Notes under the pieces: generated by a model
What the model was told of the DNA's origin: nothing
The model's input: only the letters and a program-made list of their open reading frames with translations
The model's database searches: none
Shown: positions 27,026 through 32,000 of the stretch, piece by piece
Position numbering within the stretch: the stretch's first letter is position 1
Layout: the number at the start of each line of letters is the position of its first letter
DNA from: Alkanindiges illinoisensis DSM 15370
GTDB taxonomy: Bacteria > Pseudomonadota > Gammaproteobacteria > Pseudomonadales > Moraxellaceae
Assembly: GCF_000619845.1 (NCBI RefSeq)
Contig: NZ_JHUX01000003.1
Coordinates: 1,630,064 to 1,662,063, forward strand
Length of the DNA: 32,000 bases
Direction: 5' to 3'
Position numbers and translations under genes: made by a program

Positions 27026-27544
27026 ATGTCCCTTGTTAATTTCTCTTCTCATTATCGTCATTTTTTTTATGGTCTGATGGCCTGTGCCACTATTGGAATG
27101 ACAGCTTGTAGCACCACCCCTTCTTTAAATCAGGCAGGTGAGCTGCAAGCAAAGGCGGATATTTCCACTTCCAATCCGCTTAAAATTCTAACGGCCTCAC
27201 GCTGGGAACTTATCCAGCCAATGGATGGTTCCAGCACCACGGTAAATTCGGAATTACGTCCTGCGCTTCAGCTTGAAGCCAGTACCCAGCGCTTTTCCGG
27301 CAATGATGGCTGCAACCGGATTATGGGCAGCTATCAGGCCGACATGACCAGCCTGAAATTCGGCCAAGTGGCTAGCACCAGAATGGCTTGCATTCCCGGT
27401 AATGAAACCGTGTCACGCAATTTTAGTGACGCATTAAACCGTACTAGCGCTTACCGGTTTGAAAGTGATTATCTGATTTTGCTGGACAATAAGGGTGATA
27501 AACTGATTACGCTACGCAAGGCCGGTAGCTCAACAGCCAATTAG
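27026..27544 (+). CDS. META-domain (HslJ-like) lipoprotein
   Basis: Signal peptide with lipobox-like MTA-C. META-domain motif FSGNDGCNRIMGSY...L.FG..ASTRMAC. Confidence 0.7.
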   Translation: MSLVNFSSHYRHFFYGLMACATIGMTACSTTPSLNQAGELQAKADISTSNPLKILTASRWELIQPMDGSSTTVNSELRPALQLEASTQRFSGNDGCNRIMGSYQADMTSLKFGQVASTRMACIPGNETVSRNFSDALNRTSAYRFESDYLILLDNKGDKLITLRKAGSSTAN

Positions 27545-27610
27545 TTAAAAACTATTCTTGAGAATTTTTTAGATTTTATCATGTTAGATTAAATTGATTA
27601 GGAGAGAGCA

Positions 27611-28135
27611 ATGGCACAGCAACGGGCAATCTTTGGTGGTGGCTGCTTCTGGTGTACGGAAGCCGTTTTTCGTCAGGTTAAAGGGGTAAGCCAGGTCATT
27701 AGTGGTTATGCAGGTGGCGCACGACCCAACCCCAGCTATGAACAGGTGTGTTCCGGTGCAACAGGCCATGCCGAAGTGATTGCAGTGGATTTTGATGATA
27801 GCATCATTAGCTTTGAAACCCTGCTGGATATTTTCTTTGCCACCCATGACCCAACCACTTTAAACCGTCAGGGCAATGATGTCGGCAGTCAGTATCGTTC
27901 GGTAATTTACTACCAGAATGAACAGCAGCAACAGACTGCACAGGCCAAAATTGAGCAGCTCAAACAGCAAGGCATTAATGCCGTCACCGAGCTTAGCCCG
28001 GCAGTGCCGTTTTTCGAGGCTGAAAGCTATCATCAGGATTTTTATGCCAAGAATCCAACTCAAGGCTATTGTAATTTTGCCATTCCACCCAAGCTCTCCA
28101 AGCTTAAACAGTATTTTTCCGATCAACTGGCTTAA
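27611..28135 (+). CDS. msrA: Peptide-methionine (S)-S-oxide reductase
   Basis: AGGAGAG RBS. Active site GGGCFWC.EA.F, GY.GG....P.Y..VC.G.TGHAEV, DPT.LNRQG.D.G.QYRS. Confidence 0.95.
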   Translation: MAQQRAIFGGGCFWCTEAVFRQVKGVSQVISGYAGGARPNPSYEQVCSGATGHAEVIAVDFDDSIISFETLLDIFFATHDPTTLNRQGNDVGSQYRSVIYYQNEQQQQTAQAKIEQLKQQGINAVTELSPAVPFFEAESYHQDFYAKNPTQGYCNFAIPPKLSKLKQYFSDQLA

Positions 28136-28209
28136 ACATATGGCTGGGCAGACTATGCTTGTTAATTAGTACAGTGCCCATGATAAATAGGGTCTAAGGC
28201 TTACTGCCC

Positions 28210-28689
28210 TTATACTGAGGAAGGTACTGCTGTGGTAGATCTGGCAAAAAATGGTAGGCAATTTTCCAGTGCGCGGCAGTCCTGACCCAGACTGCGTTGA
28301 ATAAAAAAGTCCTGTACCATTTGCGCCTGTTGTTCGATGCCATATTGAAAAAAGCTTTTGCCTTCCTTAAGCAAATACTGGTAACGCCGATCCAGTACCG
28401 CACGCCGGATCACCTTCATGCCCTGCTGTACCTGCCAGACATGGGTCATTTCATGGATAAACCAGGCCTGCTTACCCAAAGGTGCTTTAGAAAAGTCATC
28501 CAGATAATCTGCTGGATTAAAATAAATATGGCCATTTGGGCTAATGGCATAACCGCGGATTACCCATGAACTGGCACAAATACGGGGTATGTCCAGATCA
28601 AGCTGCTCATGAAAAACAGAATAAGCCAGACTTTTTTCACCCAGCGTCAGGGCACGGCTGGTTTTTAGACGCAAAAAATGATTTAGCAA
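28210..28689 (-). CDS. Small cytoplasmic HExxH protein, DUF4157-like (putative zinc metallopeptidase fold; often annotated vgr-related)
   Basis: 159 aa with a TTG start and no signal peptide. Pattern ...GYAISPNGHIYFNP.DY.....P.GKQAWFIHEMTHVWQVQQG resembles the DUF4157 signature (G..I.F....Y.......LL.HEL.HV.Q). The family assignment is from memory. Confidence 0.55.
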   Translation of the reverse strand: MLNHFLRLKTSRALTLGEKSLAYSVFHEQLDLDIPRICASSWVIRGYAISPNGHIYFNPADYLDDFSKAPLGKQAWFIHEMTHVWQVQQGMKVIRRAVLDRRYQYLLKEGKSFFQYGIEQQAQMVQDFFIQRSLGQDCRALENCLPFFARSTTAVPSSV

Positions 28690-29136
28690 ATCAGGGGCTA
28701 TCCATAAAACTTATATACTGTAGGATAGGACATTGCAGAACGATGCACTGTCATCTGTATTAGCCTGCAATCACCAACCCAAGCCTTGTTCGGCTTTGCC
28801 AGTCAGCAGTCATTAAAAAACAGTCCATACTATAAGCGTACTACATCACTTCTTTACATTAATTTACTGTTAAAAATAGTATGGTGATATCAGGAACTCG
28901 GTTTTATAACATTGGATGTTATGATATTTCGCTGTTTTTATGGGCTTCTTTCGTCGAAACTTTTCTATCGACAACATAAATGCAGTACAATATCTGCTAA
29001 TTTTAATTACTTTTTTGCACTATAAGCCTTTGTTGTCGCAATGCAATTTATAACAGTCATATCGCATTCGCCAATCAACAATGCAGTGTAACGCCTACCC
29101 TGCCACTGGTTAGGGTATTAAGGAAATCGGATTATT

Positions 29137-30774
29137 ATGAGTGTGTTAACTTTTGCCCTGGCGCAATATTCCCCCCGTGTTGGTGACCTGCTGGCAAACG
29201 CAAAACAAATGGTACAGCTTGCTGAACAAGCCAAACAAAAAGGTGCTGATGTCATTGTTTTCCCTGAGCTTGCAGTAACCGGATATCCACCTGAAGACTT
29301 GTTATTACGTGCCAGCATGAACAAGCGGGTGCGTCATGCACTGGATGTTCTCAAGCAGGTTAATGGCATTACCATGGTGGTAGGTTATCCGCATCAGGAT
29401 GATGATGCCACCCAGCCACAACCGCGCTATAACTCGGCAGCAGTCCTGTGTGATGGCAAGATTCTGGGTGTTTATCACAAACAGTATTTGCCCAATTATA
29501 GTGTGTTTGATGAGCGCCGCTATTTTACAACGGGTTCGCAGCATGTGATTCTGGAAATCAAAGGCCAGAAAGTCGGCCTATTGGTGTGCGAAGACATCTG
29601 GCAGGAAAAGCCCATTTGCCAGTTGAAAAAACTGGGGGCGGATGTGGCCGTGGTGCTCAATGCTTCACCATTTGAAACCGGCAAGCATGACCGTCGCAAG
29701 GAATTATTGCAAAACCAGACCAGAACCAATGCAATCCCGCTGGCTTATGTCAATTGTGTTGGCGGACAGGATGATCTGGTATTTGATGGCGGTTCAATGG
29801 CAGTGAATGCCGATGGCAGCATTGCTGCTGAAGCCAACCGCTTTAGCGAACAGCTATTGCTGGTTGAGTTTGACTGCGAAAAGCATGCCTTTAACCAGCA
29901 GCCACCGGTTGCAGCGCTGTCTGCTGTCGCTGAAACCTACCAAACCCTGGTGGTGGGTGTACGCGATTATGTTAACCGCTCCGGTTTTCCCGGTGTCATT
30001 CTGGGCTTGTCAGGTGGGGTGGATTCTGCCCTTTGCCTTGCCATTGCCGTGGATGCGTTGGGGCCAGAACGTGTAAATGCCGTAATGATGCCATTTGCCT
30101 ATACCGCGCAAATTAGTCTTGACGATGCGGCTGCACAGGCCAAGCGCCTGAATGTGGCTTATCACGTGGCTGAAATCCACAACATTGTGCATAGCTTTGC
30201 CAACACTTTGCACCCGTTCTTTGGGGACAGCGATGTGGGCGTTACTGAAGAAAACCTGCAAGCCCGTACCCGCGGCACCTTGCTAATGGCACTATCCAAC
30301 AAGTTTGGCCATCTGGTACTTACCACCGGCAACAAGTCGGAAATGGCAGTGGGTTATGCTACCCTGTATGGCGACATGGCTGGTGGTTATGATGTGCTTA
30401 AGGATGTGTACAAAACTGAAGTGTTTGAGCTGTGCCGCTACCGGAATTCGCTGGAAGAAAGCCCGGTGATTCCGGAACGCGTGATTACCCGTCCGCCCTC
30501 TGCCGAGTTACGCCCGGATCAGGTGGATCAGGATTCATTACCCCCATACGAAATTCTGGATGCCATTCTACAGGGTTACATTGAGCATGACCTGAGCCAG
30601 ACTGAACTGGTGGAAAAAGGGTTTGATTGTGATGTGGTGAACCGTATTATCAAGATGGTAGACCGGAACGAATACAAGCGCCGTCAGGCAGCCATCGGTC
30701 CCCGCGTTACCAGCCGTGCTTTTGGCCGCGAACGTCGCTATCCACTGGTGAATGGCTGGCAGGCCGGAGATTAA
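29137..30774 (+). CDS. nadE: Glutamine-dependent NAD+ synthetase (N-terminal CN-hydrolase/glutaminase + C-terminal NAD synthetase)
   Basis: 545 aa. The nitrilase-type domain carries the catalytic triad context (FPELAVTGY, catalytic Cys in LLVCEDIW). The C-terminal domain carries the SGGVDS PP-loop, TGNKSE and the KR-rich tail. Confidence 0.95.
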   Translation: MSVLTFALAQYSPRVGDLLANAKQMVQLAEQAKQKGADVIVFPELAVTGYPPEDLLLRASMNKRVRHALDVLKQVNGITMVVGYPHQDDDATQPQPRYNSAAVLCDGKILGVYHKQYLPNYSVFDERRYFTTGSQHVILEIKGQKVGLLVCEDIWQEKPICQLKKLGADVAVVLNASPFETGKHDRRKELLQNQTRTNAIPLAYVNCVGGQDDLVFDGGSMAVNADGSIAAEANRFSEQLLLVEFDCEKHAFNQQPPVAALSAVAETYQTLVVGVRDYVNRSGFPGVILGLSGGVDSALCLAIAVDALGPERVNAVMMPFAYTAQISLDDAAAQAKRLNVAYHVAEIHNIVHSFANTLHPFFGDSDVGVTEENLQARTRGTLLMALSNKFGHLVLTTGNKSEMAVGYATLYGDMAGGYDVLKDVYKTEVFELCRYRNSLEESPVIPERVITRPPSAELRPDQVDQDSLPPYEILDAILQGYIEHDLSQTELVEKGFDCDVVNRIIKMVDRNEYKRRQAAIGPRVTSRAFGRERRYPLVNGWQAGD

Positions 30775-30780
30775 TCCTTA

Positions 30781-31914
30781 ATGACCCAGTCATCCTCCAA
30801 TCCATCCTCTGAGACACCTGATCAGGCTTTAAATCAACCGGTAGCATCCTGTGTTCCTGCAACACAGGCACGCTTACTGGCTGAACAGTTACTTGAAGCC
30901 CAGGTGGCGTTTGTCAAAGCGCGTCTGAGTAATGCCGAGGTGAGTGATCACGCAGCCAGCCTGATTAATTTTTGTCTGGAACAGGGCAAGGACATTACCC
31001 TGGAAGAAGTGGTTAGTGCCCAAAGCATTCGTGATGTGGTTCAGGTCTATGCTTTTGACCTGAATCTGGGTGCTGGTGTCATTGAACTGATTGGTGCGAT
31101 GGCGCAACGCTTGTATAGTGAAGCCAATCATCTGGCGCCTACCCTGCAAACCCTGATTTCCAGCCACCAGCTGGAACAGTGGATTGACAAGATTCTGGAG
31201 CTGGATCAGGTGCGGCATCATCTGGTACAGGCCGTGTTGCAAAGCCCGGCAGCTCACGAGGTGATTGGGCAGATTATTTCAAGCCTGCTAAAAAAACAGT
31301 TGCCCAACTGGCGTGAACAAATTTCAGAGCAACTGGGCAGCGGCTGGATGGCCAAAACGCCTTTGCTGCCACGCCTGATGAAACTGTTGTTGCAACAGGA
31401 AGAAAAACTGTTATCCATTGCTGAGCAGCATTTAAGCCAGTTTATCCAGAATCAGGGCACACAGTTACTGAATCTGGATGCTGAAGAACTAAAAGATATT
31501 GCATGGCAAGTCTGGCTAAATATCAAGGACATTCCACTGAATGAATTATCCAGTGGTATTGAAGCGCTGGACATTGAAGAATTTTTTGTTTTGATTTATG
31601 AGCTGTGGCGTGAGTTGCGCCAGACTGAATATTTGCAGCGCCTGATCTTCACTGGCATTGATGTATTTTTTGAAGTGTATGGCGACTATCCGGTATCCGA
31701 ATTGCTGGAAGAAATTGGCATTAGCAAGCAGCACCTAATCAATGACGGGAACCGTTTTTTGCCACAAGCCATTGCAGCCCTCAACCAGCATCATGTGCTG
31801 GATCAACTAATCCGCCTGCAACTCAGCGATTTTTATCTCAGTTCGTCTACCTTAAATTTAATTCAGCAAAGTTTGTTGACAACCACCACGATCCAGCCAG
31901 CCTCACCTGAATAA
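30781..31914 (+). CDS. Uncharacterised 377-aa predicted all-helical soluble protein, probably co-transcribed with nadE
   Basis: ATG lies 6 nt after the nadE stop, with GGAGA 10 nt upstream. Long uninterrupted ORF with coding-like composition. No TM segment, signal peptide or catalytic motif that I recognise. Confidence 0.6.
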   Translation: MTQSSSNPSSETPDQALNQPVASCVPATQARLLAEQLLEAQVAFVKARLSNAEVSDHAASLINFCLEQGKDITLEEVVSAQSIRDVVQVYAFDLNLGAGVIELIGAMAQRLYSEANHLAPTLQTLISSHQLEQWIDKILELDQVRHHLVQAVLQSPAAHEVIGQIISSLLKKQLPNWREQISEQLGSGWMAKTPLLPRLMKLLLQQEEKLLSIAEQHLSQFIQNQGTQLLNLDAEELKDIAWQVWLNIKDIPLNELSSGIEALDIEEFFVLIYELWRELRQTEYLQRLIFTGIDVFFEVYGDYPVSELLEEIGISKQHLINDGNRFLPQAIAALNQHHVLDQLIRLQLSDFYLSSSTLNLIQQSLLTTTTIQPASPE

Positions 31915-31954
31915 ATAGGCAATCCTTCTTTAACAGGCTGTACAGCGGCGCTGG

Positions 31955-32000
31955 TTACTGGTTTTTATCCTGCTCCAGCTCATTAATTAGCTGCTTCATC
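31955..32000 (-). CDS. 3' end of an unidentified minus-strand CDS entering from the right edge (...MKQLINELEQDKNQ*)
   Basis: The minus-strand frame is open to the window edge and ends at TAA (31957-31955), convergent with the 377-aa gene. Too short to identify, and it could alternatively be a spurious short ORF. Confidence 0.25.
   Translation of the reverse strand, partial: MKQLINELEQDKNQ

Noticed and set aside
28881-28979. 32-codon ORF MVISGTRFYNIGCYDISLFLWASFVETFLSTT in the nadE upstream gap (possible small hydrophobic peptide)
   Set aside because: There is no SD (AAAAATAGT precedes the ATG) and no supporting context. ORFs of this size arise by chance in AT-rich spacers.
28829-29087. Repeated short motifs in the nadE upstream gap (ACTATAAGC x2, AATGCAGT x2, AATGCA x3) as regulator binding sites
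   Set aside because: Expected numbers of such 8-9-mer coincidences within a 447-bp AT-rich segment are about 0.4 to 1.5. They cannot be distinguished from chance without comparative data.
1-32000. A search of the whole window for mobile elements, CRISPR arrays, tRNA/rRNA genes, integrases, phage or plasmid genes, or a defence or secretion island
   Set aside because: There are no regularly spaced direct repeats, no transposase, integrase or recombinase-like ORFs, no terminal inverted repeats flanking a block, and no cloverleaf-like or rRNA-like segments. Every long ORF is explained by a housekeeping or conserved-hypothetical family. I cannot support any claim of a novel multi-gene system.

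Overview
This window reads as an ordinary chromosomal core region of a gammaproteobacterium. The gene content, synteny and protein sequences look Acinetobacter/Moraxellaceae-like, but that is inference from memory, since no search was possible. It is densely coding, with about 30 intact CDS on both strands.

Genes, in order:
- an OLE1-type acyl-CoA desaturase
- a DUF1304 membrane protein
- selO
- a baeS-baeR-like two-component system, with a divergent small His-rich lipoprotein gene
- two tandem paralogous ~600-aa acyl-CoA dehydrogenases
- two tandem RcnB-family His-rich periplasmic proteins
- a PIF1/RecD-like helicase
- a Fur-box-preceded Fiu/PiuA-type TonB-dependent receptor plus a PiuC/YbiX dioxygenase
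- long-form leuA, metX-metW, a Sel1-repeat protein and rdgB
- DUF2059 and NRDE-family proteins
- lgt, thyA, folA
- DUF4105 and META/HslJ-like proteins, then msrA
- a small DUF4157-like HExxH protein
- glutamine-dependent nadE, followed by a 377-aa uncharacterised helical protein

Nine clear Rho-independent terminators are visible. I found no rRNA, tRNA, CRISPR array, IS element, integrase, prophage or plasmid genes. I see no convincing multi-gene novel system such as a defence island or secretion cluster.

The observation most worth follow-up is regulatory. A 31-codon leader ORF with nine Leu codons, five of them consecutive, lies just upstream of leuA. It is followed by a 14-bp perfect inverted repeat, which points to a candidate leucine-sensing attenuator.

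Secondary leads:
- the BaeSR-adjacent His-rich lipoprotein with a BaeR-box-like core
- the orphan RcnB-like pair
- the orphan DUF4157-like HExxH protein next to the longest (447 bp) non-coding gap
- the unknown protein that appears co-transcribed with nadE

All functional calls rest on motifs and remembered homologues, not on database searches.
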